From positions 124,001-188,000 of the forward strand of contig NW_013547019.1 of assembly GCF_000711695.1 (NCBI RefSeq): DNA of 64,000 bases, read 5' to 3'. Source of the DNA: Tilletiaria anomala UBC 951. Its lineage: Eukaryota. This document shows positions 27,035 through 42,691 of the stretch, piece after piece. Below the pieces are notes generated by a model. That model made no database searches, was not told the origin of the DNA, and saw nothing but the letters and a program-made list of their open reading frames with translations. Position 1 is the first letter of the stretch; every line of letters starts with the position of its first letter. A program made the translations under genes and the position numbers.

Positions 27035-27412
27035 GAGTCCATGGTCGATTCGTCTATCGGATGGCGCAAAAACTATACCCTACGGTCTCTGGACTTGCAT
27101 GTGTTTCGAAAGAGGGAACAATACCCTGTGATAGACAGGCAAACATGACGAGCGCACACGCCTTTTGAGGGATGCTGGCATCAGAGCAGTGTATGTGGCT
27201 CCTACCCCCCTGGGCGCCGCACCGCTCGCGCTTCCATGTCTCTCCGTTGGGTCTCAACCACACATTGCGCGCACCGCGCACACAGACATCAGCATCGCCC
27301 ACATCCACTTCTTCTTGAGCTTGCCGTCCACATGCAAGATCCGTGCTCTGAGCAACAAGCGACCCAAGCATACGCAGTCACCAGTTCGAGCACAGCCACA
27401 GAGGTCTTCATC

Positions 27413-30064
<2,652 letters not shown>

Positions 30065-30191
30065 GCGTGGCGAGGGACAAGGGGAAACTTTTACTGGCAA
30101 ACGAGGTGTAGTGGACCAAAGAAAGATATATGCACACACATGTTGTGATCTTGTTTGCCATCGTATACCGCGCCTAGGATACAGCGTAGGA

Positions 30192-30970
30192 TCAGAAGCC
30201 TGGAAAGAAATTGTGAGCGTAAGGTCAGTTCATGCCATGCGCGGCCGCGGCGGCTCGAGAGCAGCCCCTGGACACCTACAGCAATCGCAATCAAAGGGGC
30301 ATAGGTCCGTCTCACCCGCATCAGGCCTATTTATCCCAAGTTCTTCCTCTGTATACACCAGGAACCCTTCCTCTGTCCGTTTTCGTTTCGAGTCAGCAAT
30401 GATGCCGCGCGAATCCGCAAATGCGGCATTCGAGTCGTCCATGCCTGATGTAGGAGCGACGTACGGCCTGCCGCGTTTGAGCCCGTTTCGCCCACGTGTT
30501 GAAGAGTCAGGTACGGAGCTCGAGGAAGTGATAGCATCCATGTATGCTTTGGGTGCTTTTGCCGACGGTCGTTTTGACTTTGTGCTGGTGCCTTCTCCGA
30601 GCGACGGATCGAAGATCTCTTCAGGAGCCTTTTTCCTTTTCTTTGAAAGTATTGCGTTGTTTGCATTTGAAGCAGTCTTCTCTTCCTTTCCTCGCTTTCC
30701 GGAAACTTTTTCAGAATCATTTGAAGGATCTGCTTTGGCACTCTGAACCGCTTCTCGCGAGCTCGCAGTCATGACTATCTTGCCCTTCTTGCCAACGGTC
30801 GAACTTGCTACTGAGGCAGCGAGTTGATTCTCAGACGCCTTCTTCTTTCCCTTGTTGACTTTTGCCTGGCCACTCTTGTCCTTCTTGGGTTTGTCTTCTC
30901 CCCCGTTTATGACGGTAGTAGCGGTCGTGGCAGACTTCTTGCCCGCAAAGATGTCCTCGATTTCAGACAT
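30192..30970 (-). CDS. DUF1764 family protein; short terminal exon
   Basis: SEIEDIFAGKK N-terminus; RKRTEEGFLVYTEEELGI...GETDLCPFDCDC; splicing GTAGGT...TTCCAG restores the typical CDCCF* end. Confidence 0.88.
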
Positions 30971-31459
30971 GACGGACGATGTGGTGAGGGAGGGCGCGAG
31001 GGCTTGGACAGAGCGACAACTACGACGAGACCTTGAATTCACGGTTTGAGTTAATTCCTCCCAAGCAGCTTGATCCTGTCTTGACAAAGTGATGTGCTGT
31101 TCTTCTTTAACCAGCGAGTTTCGGCGTAGTGTTATGCTCATAAAACAGACCTTTCCGAGCAAGGCTGCATTTTCATGGCGTGAGAGAGAGAGCCGAGGTT
31201 GGGGTTTTTTCTAAAAAGAATTGTGGAACCAGTATAGAAAAAAAAGTCGCCACGTGGCTTGAAAAGCGTTCGTCCCTCGTGATCGTCAACATTTGTTGGA
31301 AATCGTCACCATGATCCTGAATTGTGCATTTTGCTGCCAACGGCATCATTGTGCCACAAAGAGTGAGGTCCCCGCCAGCTCATATCTTACGCTATAAAAC
31401 GAGGGGCTATCCTGGCTCGTAGATTAGGGGCTTAGGAACAGGCGCACGATGGATCATCG

Positions 31460-33519
31460 ATGAAATTTGAAAGCGCTATATCCACCACATCAGCGAAATC
31501 ATCCGGTAAACCCACTAGGATGTCGGGAACAGCGACAGTAACCCATTTGTCAATGCAAAAGCTGTCACATCTATCAGCCAATCGAGGGCGAGAGCGATAC
31601 TACTCCGTGCCTTTTCGCCGCGATGGTGGTAATTCTGGCTTTCTCTCGCTCTTTCCATCACGGTCAACGCTGTATTTCATTGCCAACTGCCTCGCCTGGT
31701 ATCTCTCGTCGGCACTGTCTTCAAACACATCCAAAGCGCTCCTCTCTGCACCAAAGCACGTAATGACATCACATCCAAATGATGTTCTGGAATCTGGTCG
31801 ACACGGGCAAGCCCTACATCCACCAGATTCATCCTCCGCACCATTTCCTTACCCGATTAGCCTGACATTTGTTCAATTTCTTTTCGTACATGGCTTTTGC
31901 TACATATGCACGAGCGAGCGATTGCTAGGAAAGCGTACGATGGGAAAAGTCATGCCGCCTGCAAAAGAAAGAATCTTGGAGGTCGGCCAGCTGTCACTCT
32001 TTACGGTCATCGGGCACGCATTGAGCTCGCTTGCGATCAGTCGCGTGCCTGTCAGCACGGTACATACGATCAAGGTTCGTCTCGATCCACTCTGACTAAT
32101 TAAATGCAATGCAAGTGTGATAGCCTTTCGTTCCCTCCTGAATTCTTACAGGCATTGTCTCCGCTGTTCACCGTAATTGCCTACTCTCTCTTTTTCTCTG
32201 TGACTTATTCAAGCGCGACATGGCTCTCACTCCTCCCACTCACCATCGGCGTGATGATGGCTTGCACCGGGCTCTCACTATCAGCTGAAGATATCTTGGG
32301 TCTCTTCACAGCCCTTGGAAGTACGATGATATTCGTGGCGCAGAACATATACAGCAAGAAGCTTCTCAGTGGAAATGGCCATGGCTCGAAGGATCTAGAC
32401 AAGATGGGGGCAGAGGGCAGCAAACTGGGCAATGGTGTCAGCACAGGCAAAAAGCGCAAGGATCAAAAGTTGGACAAGCTGAATATCCTTCTCTATTCTA
32501 GCGGTTGCGCTTCGACCGTGAGTCAATCTCCCTATTGCTCGTGTGTGAGCCTCAACTTATATCTGGCGCGGTCTCTGTTCACAGCTCATGATTCCGATGG
32601 TGCTTTACTACGATGCCTCTTCCATACTGACCTCGTCCACAGGAGCAAGCTTTGGGAGGGTTTTATCATTGCTTTTGGCCAATGGAATCGTAAACTTTGC
32701 CCAGAATGTGCTTGCCTTCAGTGAGTCTTAATCGCCCCCTTCGCCAGACAAGGTTGCAGTATTAACACTACCATTGGTTGCAGGCATCCTGGCTCTGGTG
32801 TCACCTGTGACCTAGTGAGCACGGTCTAATCCATCGCACACAAAACACAGGGTGCTGAGACGAATTATGTTTACAGTTCCATTGCTAGCCTTCTCAAACG
32901 AGTCTTTGTCATTTGCTTCGCCATCGTGTGGTTCAGACAACAAGTCACCATGCTTCAATGGCTTGGTATCACCTTGGCTTCCACGGGCGTGTGAGTCTTA
33001 GACTGCTGTACTGAGTTAAACACAGCGAGCATCACTTTCTGTGTGAAGCAGACACCGAGAGGGCCAACGCAGATCATGCTGACTATCTTATCACCTGTCA
33101 GATGGATGTACAACAACGCTAAAGTCAAGAATGACGTCGCACAGGTAGAGGAAAAAGTACATCCGAAAGGCAACATTGATAGCTTCACATTGCCGACTAC
33201 GGCTAGTGCCACCACCAACAAGAATGGCCACGCGAATTCCGGCTATGTGACAACATCAGGACTCGGTGGGCGCATGGCCATGTACGGATCGTCGCTTTCG
33301 CCAACGGCAGCGCGCTTCCAACATGCGCAAGGCCAACCGCATATGTCTGTCTCCAAAATCTCTGGTAGCTTTGGGAGCAGCACGGGCAATGGCGTCACGG
33401 GCCCTGGAAGCTGGAGGTTGGACGTCGGTGGCGGCCTACACAGTCCGACACAGGAAGTAAACCGCAGTGCTATCATGAACGGGGCTATCGGCCCTGGGTG
33501 GCGTGCTAAGAGCAAGTAA
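31460..33519 (+). CDS. Triose-phosphate/nucleotide-sugar transporter family protein (Sly41/SLC35E1-like); multi-exon
   Basis: CLAWYLSSALSSNTSK, FPYPISLTFVQF, ISRVPVSTVHTIK|ALSPLFTV, FVAQNIYSKKL, LDKLNILLYSSG, SIASLLKRVFVI. Confidence 0.9.
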
Positions 33520-33966
33520 CACCAACAGGCGTGCATCGCAATCCCATTACTGCTCTATTTCCAGAACATTATGCACAATACACTAGCATGGCGCGCGAGG
33601 AGATGAGCAGGTCTGAGCGTCCTGTAGCGAAAGAAACGAAGAGCATGTCTTGCTTGATCAATTGGCTGAGCGCTGGACTAATGAATTGGTGGATATACAA
33701 GACAGTGTCCATTAGCTGGTCCTGGATCATGCGTTGGAAAAAAAGATGCGATTGAGAAGTGGAGATAGTCCAAACGCCAGAGAACAGTGTAGTATAGCGA
33801 GAAAAGGAGGCCACAACAGTTGCCAGCGGGTAGTGGGTTGCTTGGCGGCAGGTTGTTTTGGTGCCCAAACATATCCTGGTATGCTATCGGTGTCGCTATT
33901 GTGGTACCCGCGACGAAGATTACTGTAGTGAGTTTCGGATGAACTCTTTGGGAGCGAATTCACAGA

Positions 33967-36132
33967 TTAGACAAAGCTATTCCGAAGGTTGAGCTCGAAT
34001 GCTTCTTGCAGAGTCTCCATGTCGACTGTTCGGAAGTCGGAAGGCGCGTCGACGCTATAGAAGGAAAGGGGGCCTGAGGAGCTGCTCGACTCTGTCATTG
34101 GGTCCTCCATGAATGGAGGTGGAGGCAGGCCATCATGAGAGCCACCAGCACCAGCAGACAGACTTGCTCTCCACTTTCGCAATAGAGCCTCTTTCTCTTG
34201 TTCAAGGGTGAGAGGTGGCTGCATCGTCTCGTTGAGACCGGAAGCGGTTGGCAAGGTCCCAGTTGATGATCCGCATTGTCCGTGAGCATGTTGAATCGCC
34301 GATATGGCAGCCTCAGTCAAGAAACTGCTGACCCGTCTCTTCGTCAGAGTGGGAGCGCTCATCAGCTCATCCCCGTAATGGAAAGGCGCCGAGCCGAATG
34401 GCAGAGAGCCATCCCCTGAAGGCAAAGCACCCATTCGCGCGAAGCCCCCAGCTTCGGGGGGAAGGAAGCGCGCAGCGGCATTCATCGCCGTCGGCGGAAC
34501 TGCAATATCGCCAAAGGAATTGCTTCGCGGGGAGATCAGAATGTCTGGCATCGTGGGCAAACCCAAGGGATATGCCTCCAGCTGTCCTCCAGCTGTCCGC
34601 GGCCGTGAATGTTCCAGAACTGATGGCTGCGGAGCAGGCATGCTCGTCATTGCGAATGGCATGCGCTGGAAGTTGAAGAAGGAGGCCGGAGAGGGCCCTG
34701 GTGGAAAGTTGGATGGGCTTTGCTCGTTGAGGGCTGCTCGGTTCGTCCACTCTGGTATGAGGGTGTTGGAGAAAGCAGAGTTGGTAAGACTGGCACCATC
34801 AGCTGTGCCGCCGTGCAGAAGCACCGGCTGCAAGGCAGCCTCCTTTGGCTTAAGTGTTCCCTGAAGGCTCGGGTTCTGCGATCCAAAATCGATATTGATC
34901 GGGACTGAGGATGAGCGTCGATAGCCCCTCAGAGGAATGCCGGCACTTGCAGGGGAAAGCTGATTCTCAGTCTCAGCACCAACACTTGGAGATGGCGATC
35001 CTTTGATATGATGTGTCTTCCGCAGCTCAGCATCAAGCTTCTCCTTTCTGATACGCCTAGGTTCGGATCGGCCCTCTTCGACCGCGCCTTCGCGAACACC
35101 TTCGCGTCCCAGAGCCTTCAAGATTTGATCGGCAACCGATTCGACCCGGCTTTCGGATGTTCGAGATCGGGGTCGCTGACGCTTTTCCGAAATTTTGCGC
35201 GAGGTCTCAGGCTGATACTTGTACGATGGGTGGAGGCGTAGATGCTCCGCCTTCTCTGCAGCGGCATTCTCTTGCCACTGTGCGCGCTCATCGCCGGACA
35301 AATTGTGCCAAAGATGGGAAATGACGTTACTGAGCGCCTTTTGGTCCTTCAGATCTTTTGGAAGAATGCCTTGCTGGATGACGTGCGAACGAAAGAGGAT
35401 GAAGGCATTGCGAGGGCGCTTGACATGCCCAGCAGGACGCTTGCGGGCGTGAGATTTCTTCTGACTGCGCGGGACGCCCGATGCTCCCACTGGGCCGACA
35501 GACGAAGATGAGCTACCGAACTGACTTGACGAGAAATCGCTGTCACTTGCACAAGTGTGCGAGGCCGATGGCGACCAAGCCCCGCTTTCTGATTCGCCAG
35601 CATCCAACCCCGAAGCACTGAAGTGCTCAGCGTTTGAATTTAAATTTCCATCTACACGGAGGATGGGTGTGAGTTGCTACAAGCTGCGATTCATGAAGAG
35701 AATGAAGCTCACTCGTGGCTGCTGTATCGATTTGGAGCAGTGGTGTGGGTTCGCTGGGGCCTGGTAGACTCTTGGGCCCTGAAGTTATAGTCTGCTCAGA
35801 CACACGACGCGGACGTGCTCAGCCAAGGGAATCATACACTGACAGTCTGCAAAGCTACCCACCAGAGCACTGCGTAATGAGCGTCTACGGTCGCAGAAGC
35901 CGATTGGCATTGTAGAGAAAGACTGGATGTGCGCCTGCGGCGTCGGTGGCTCACAAGTGATGTGCGGCACGGCGAGGTCTTGCATATTTGCATTGTTATC
36001 CTTGATGCTTTCGCCTCGGGCCTGTTGCCGCATCTGCCTGGATGATCGACGAATATTGGATCTGAGTACCATCGTGGCATCAAAGGCACCGGCTGGCTGG
36101 TATGGGTTGGTGGGTGTCATGAGAATGACCAT
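33967..36132 (-). CDS. HMG-box transcription factor (MATA-HMG/Rox1/Rop1-like); 5' exon structure uncertain
   Basis: KKSHARKRPAGHVKRPRNAFILFRSH...ISHLWHNLS...AEKAEHLRLHPSYKYQP. The large exon (to about 35617) has no in-frame ATG before the HMG box and is preceded by a CTTCAG acceptor; the likely first exon is ORF 35785-36132. Confidence 0.85.
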
Positions 36133-39100
36133 TTTTTATAGAGACCAGCTCTTGGGGATCAGAGATCCAGCGAGCAGGTTGGGAAGGATGTTTCAAGGCG
36201 GGCTGTGATGGTGAAGACATAAGACATCGTATCATGTTGGTCCACTCTTATGTGTGTGAGTCGTCCTCTTCATGGTAAGAGCGCAACAATGACCGACGAG
36301 CAGTGTGCCCAATGGCGATTGAGGCCAAGGGTGATGGAGATGTTTCGGAGGACGGCTGCCGAGTCGACGGCACGTGGCACTTGGCACTCGCGTGGCGAAA
36401 AGCAAAAGAAAGGGCAAGCCTTCCGAGATGGATGATAAAGGGCTGAGCCTGGAAACACTGGGTAAATCACCTGTCATTGCGGCTTCGTTGCACTTCAGAT
36501 GTTTGCATTGATGCAGCGATCTGTAGGTGAAAGTAGATGCGTGATAAGCAACTCAAAATAACAAGCTAGCGCCGCGCACGCCGCACACTGGCGTGGACTT
36601 GGTATGTACGTTGGTTCGGCCGACGTGCAAATGTGAATGCCTCGAGTCCTCGACGCTCGTCGATGAACCCAGGGCAGTGGTCCATGACAAAGTATCTCGC
36701 ACCAGCGGGCACAAGCTGTGAAACAAAGGGGGCGATACTGCAACCTACTCAGTGGACGCATTGCGGACGCCCCCATGCTCGAACGGTACTGCTATTTGTT
36801 ATTGTTCGCATAGCCACGCGTGACGCCACAAAGGGTGATCCGAGGGCTTGGTTGCGTTCTCCTCATGTCACATTTGTGCTCTCTGCTCTGCTTCCAGGCC
36901 GTTCCCAGCTGCACATGGCGCTGGCTTGCACTGCACATGTTGACTGCGATCATTTGCTCCTCCATGCACGTCGAGTTTCAGTTGTCAAAGACTCTGAGTG
37001 TTCCACGCATTGATACCGTATCCCTGGGTAAGTACGTACCCGGCAGTTCGAAACACGTCAAGTATGCACAATCCGCACGAACAGAGTTACTAATCCGAAT
37101 TCGAAAGATCGCCGATCGCGTCACCACAGATTTTCGATGTTGGTTAGCATCGTCGCAGACCACCGACCTCCTGCCCCCAACAGTTTGAAAGCTACATATG
37201 TACACTAAAGCAACTGTCACACTTTCAAGTCATTCACTGAAAGGTACACAAAGACCCTCGATAGATTCTTTCATAGCGGCTTCCATGTTGCGATTCCATT
37301 TCGAGTGCGCTATTTACCGGTTGTAACCGATGTGACCTGTGAGTCTCGAATTGAGCTTCGACAGTAACCTGTTGAAACCTTCATCGCAGCAAACATAAGG
37401 GCGTTCATCGCTCACATCTCGCTGCACATATTTCGCATTCCGGATCCCACATCTGTATGGAGCATCTGCCACCGTAAGATAGTCATATATTGTAGCATTG
37501 ACAATCAATGTTGCCGTGCACAAGTGACAACTGGAGCGAAAGCATCGGGCATGTGCCGCTTGCCTACGATTTCAAGGTATCTTGCAATGCGTACAAAAGG
37601 TATAGCATAGGAAGAAGAGACGGGAACCAAGATTCTAGGACTCTCCTGCCGACGATACCCTTGCGCCCTTGTCGTGGTGACGTCGCTCCCGGAACCTGAA
37701 AGTTCGAAGTTTGAACAAATCTCGATGATGCTTATGTATCCCTTTGCCTACATATCTGCCAATGTACATCTGTAGCGAAGTAGGTGTGTAGGTGCATACA
37801 CTCATTCTCTTAAGGAAATAAAAATGGGTAGCACAATTTGACATCGTGCAGAGAGTTCGGCGTCGATGTGTTGAAGAGGCGGCGGGGTGTGAGAAGTTGT
37901 TGCGAGGGCCGGCGCTCACAATAGACCGATCCCCTGAGGTGCCGAAGTACTCTAAGAAGGCAGGGATAATGGATAGATTTTTACAAGTCTGTGGAGCATA
38001 AATATCCATGTAGGAGAGAGGAAACGCCGGTGGATGTGCCAAGGGTGAGGCCTATGTCGCGGGTAGGTTAATGCATTGCCACATGTTCGTTCCGGCCTTT
38101 GTAACAAATGTTAAAGGGATCGAGCAATATAAAAAAGGTTCAAATTTTGATTGCGCCTCATGTAATTTGGGCTCAAATCACTATGAGCCAGCAAGCGCAG
38201 GCACTGAAGTGCGATGGGCATCTGGAGTAACGTTGTACGTATCCATGCGCTTAGGTAATACAAAATACATACTCATATTTACATCTGAGAACCAGGGTTT
38301 CGGCACACACAATCACCGAGTTATGTGCAGACTCCCAGGACTCGGGTGACGAGTCGCATCCACCCATGCATAAATTACGGCTGCTGGACTCTAGAGATTG
38401 GAGAGTGGCGACGAGAGGAAGGCGAAGACTGCTCAGGTGCATGGGGACATATGTATTGTATCGAATGCATGTATCCAGGTCGTATGTATGTACGTCTCTT
38501 GTACTCCCTCAGTAGTGATCTGTTGGGCGTACGGCAAAGCGGACATGTGCACGCTCTCTGTGCCAGATAGGCCTTCGCGCTCAGCGAAGTGTGAACGACA
38601 TTAACAAATGTACATCATCTACTCTGTAGTTCAAGCGACACCAAAAAATTACTCAAAAAGTAGACTGGATCAGCAAGCCCCCTGGCCAAACGGCCAATGG
38701 GTACGTAGATGTACATTGAGAGTGTTTGTCCATCAGCACTGAAACAGTACTCCTGAGCCAAGCCGTTCCATTGTACGATTTGCATTTGCAGCGACGACGT
38801 CATGAAGAGGTTGAAAGTGACACAGAGACAACTCGTTGCCTACTTGTTCTTTGTCGACCACCTGTGATGTAAACCAACAATAGATGCTATCTCATTGGAC
38901 CCAGAAGGCGGTGCGGAAGAATAGCTCTTGGCTCGTGTAGGAGTCGTGTAGGGTAGTGTTGAGTGAATTTAGATAAGCCATAGGTGAATGCAAGCATGCT
39001 TGGGGAAACCCGACAAGGATGACAATGCAAGGTGCATTTCTGAATCCTTCCTTCAATCAGATGACCGGGCAGTTTCGGCACTGAGGAGACTTCCCAGGGT

Positions 39101-42100
39101 TTTGGAGCATTTGTAACGGTCGACATCCTATGCGTATCAGTATGAGCGCATGGCTGCATGAGCGCAATTCTCGTTGGCACCAGCACCTTGTAAAAAGCAA
39201 GGTGTTGTGAGACTATGAGGGGTTATGAGTCCGAGCAACTATAGCCTCTACCTGTGTGTATGCGCGCTTGCTCCGCCTGGGACGCGAGACAGGGAAAATA
39301 CTATTTGGCTCGCGCTTCATCGAACCATTGTCGAAGAAGGCCGAACGGCGAACCATTCTCTGCTCAGTCTGAAACAATCTTCGTTTTTGTCATGTTGAGC
39401 TTCTTCATGCCTATATGCTCATGCTTGATCGTCATTGGTCAGCGCCCACCCTTGTCTTGACACCTTGCAAGGCATGGGACTGATCGCTGACCTGCGAAGT
39501 GATTGTTGCGGAGCCGAGCTGACTTGATTGTGGTTGTGCAGAAAGGGAAGCTTTACACACATGCGAGTACACATTGCGCATAGCTTCGAGCTGTCTAGTA
39601 TGTATAATCATCATCCGGTCTATCTAGAGAGCCAAAGTAATCCCTTCGGGTCGACTCTAGCAAAACATAGCAGGTCTTGGCCAATGTCGACAAATACACC
39701 CAATTTACTAAGCTTATATGCCCGTCTCAGGTTACGCGGAAGCTCCCCCATGCCACATTCGCAGTGCACCTCCACAAACCCAAACCTCCTTTCAAAAACA
39801 CTGTATATGAAAGATGATTCTAGTCACATACATAATCACATATATGTGACGATATATAAATGCACATTGCCAACCAGAGTCAAGAAAGAACTTCAAGTAC
39901 ATACATCGGTTCACGGTGTTCTCGGAGGACTGCAAATCATCGTGGTTAATGTGTATGGTAAGTCAAAAGTGGGTAGAGATATGGGATATAGCGCATGAGA
40001 CATGAGACATGAGGAATGGTTGGTCGCATATTGACTAATCAGCGATCCGTTATCATAGACGACTCCAGCATGAGAGATGCCTGAATACGTGAACCGCCTT
40101 ATCTTTGACAAAGAAGGTATTGAGCGAGATTCCGGGACCAGACGGTCATAGCAGAAGGTATTCAGCGCGCACGATCCTTCACCCTTCCGAACTCCTATTG
40201 CACGCGGTCAAAGAATAGCTGCCTTGGGGTTCAAGCGGTTTTTACTGTCTCTACATAGCTAGCACCCCGCAAATGTCCATACCTCGTTTCACGATTCTGG
40301 TTTGTTCATATGTGTCTGCTAAATGCATTCTGCTTTGTGACAAGTACATAAATAGTCTGTGTGGAACGTCGTGTGCTAAGCGTGGCTCTCACGCCGGCCT
40401 CGTGGCGTTCACGTTCGCGTGACCGGCCCAGCTCTGAGCTACTCTGCCGAACGCTGCTGGTATGTTTGGTATGCTGTACATACGGTTGGTACTGTTGCAG
40501 TCCCAGAAGGGATATGGGACTCTGTTCGAGACCGGTGCTTTCTTCTTCTTCCAGTGTCGGTTCTGATACGCTGACGAGCAGACAAGCTGCAGGACTGGCA
40601 AAATTCACCCTGGTCGCCTGATCGATGGTCTTTCTTACTCGCTCTTGTCTAGTGTTAAATGGCGATATACGTGACCATCAGAATATAGGTCGCTGGCCCC
40701 GACCCGCACATATGCTCCAGTAGTTCAAATACAGATCGCCATTGTTGCATTTGTGCTTATGCTTCGTCGAACATTGCCTAAATGGGCTCGGATGGTTGTC
40801 CTCAAGTAAGTGTTCACACTGTTGGTGCTCTGCTTGGCGAAAGATGCGGAGTTGATTGTGTATTCGTAATGAGGCAATTACGAGGCACATGAGGGTGCAT
40901 TCTTCAGCAGTAGAAACCCACGATCTTTTGACACTGGTAAGCAGATAGTTAAAGACAACGGAGGCACTCCATTTCGAGCATGTAGCTCCGCGCCTTCCTT
41001 GTGCACCTCTGGGCGAGACCCTACATGACTGCACCGCATCAAGCTTGTTCTTGACCTCGTGTACGCCATTTTGCACACTCGCTGAGAGCTTGACCTGGTG
41101 GGTCACATGCACTACGGCAGCCTGAAAGAGTCCAGAAGTTGTGTCACAACCTTGCAAGCTGCGGTGCTGACGGTCACTGACGCTCGGACGTGATGCATGG
41201 GTCCAGAACCTAACGAAGCGCAAGCACAAATGACGCAAGCTTGCTGGGACCTGGAAGGTTAAAATTTACATTTTTGGTCTTAGAGATCCGGCAATGGATC
41301 CTGCTTCCGTATTAGCTGCCCGCGGTCGGATGAGAGAAGGCGACAGCGATGTTCGAGGCGTGCGAAGTCTACCTGCTTGGTTGAGCTTTGAGGAAGAAGG
41401 TAAGATGAAAAAACATGGAGCTCTACGGGGTTTCGTCTTTCCTATGCCGTTCAACAGTTCAGGGCGGAGGGGGATCTTGCGGACGCCTCGAAGATCGCCC
41501 CTGCTTGCTTTCCCTTGGACGAAGGCGGCAAGGACTGGCTGGATCGATAAGGTTCCAGAGCGCACCAAACCAAGTCGTGCTTCGACTACAACCTTTTCAT
41601 CGACCGACTTGAGGTCAATCGCGGTGATTTTCTTGGCCGAAGTCAAAATCTCTACGTGTTTCTCACACTGGCGCTACTTTGGCCGATCTTGCTGAGGGAC
41701 AGAGTCGTGCTCCTCGCTTGAACTGGGATATGAGGCTGGAGTAAAAGGTACCGGAAGAGTACGCGAAGCAACCTCAGTGGCTCAATACCATTCCCCATTC
41801 TGGAAGTCGCACGCTTAGCCACTCGCATGCATTCATGAACGCCTGCTTGACCGTCATCGCCATCAGCCCACGGACGAGACAAGTCTCAAGGCATACACAC
41901 CTTCAACTTCAGACTTATTCCCAGATGAGTCGGTACAATACCAGTCGCTTCACATTTTCCCTCTCCAATCAGACCGATTCTTCCACGGTCTTTTGCTCCA
42001 CCCGCAATTGCTCCGCAGTACGCATTTGTCAACAATCGCCTCAAGGAGTGCACTCTGCACGTCACCGAGCGTGCGCTAGCAATTTATCACATTGCCACCG

Positions 42101-42691
42101 TCGCTGAAAGAAAGGGCCGGTGAGGGCTGATAGCGTTGTCGTTAGAGCAGGCGGTCATGCGTGTATGCGAGTGGCCATGCGTGCGAATTCCGAAACAGGG
42201 AAGTGTCAGGCCACTGAAGTTGCTTGGCGTATTCATTCTGAGCTTCCTCCTTTAGCGACAGTGAGCGATTAGCGCCACATCGATCTAGTCCAGGAGACAA
42301 GATTGTATAAAACGAATGCATAGATTATCCTGTGTTCAATGCGGCAATGACCACAAGGAGGGTGCAATTGCTGAGCTCTGAGCTGGAGGGTATATATCTG
42401 AAAGAGGGAAATCACGAACTCCGGAAGCTCGGCTCGAGGTCCCGTTACCGGTGGGCGAGTGTCTTCCTATGTAGGCATTCCGCGCGTCCGCGACAGCACG
42501 CCCCCCACGTGTGACGATGACGATGACTTGCCTTTCGGCCATACAACAGCAGACTTGCCATGGTGCCATTTATGGCTCTTTGAGGCCAAGTCACCCCTCG
42601 AGTAGCGCTACCGAAGCCTATCTCTGATAGTTCTGACCCCAACTTAAGAGGTTGCGATTGCAAACTCCCCAGCTGAGCTCTCGTCGAAAAC

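Noticed and set aside
33967..42690. Mating-type locus or pheromone gene near the HMG gene (e.g. MLSFF... at about 39392)
   Set aside because: No short ORF ending in CaaX-stop, and no STE3 receptor or homeodomain genes were seen.
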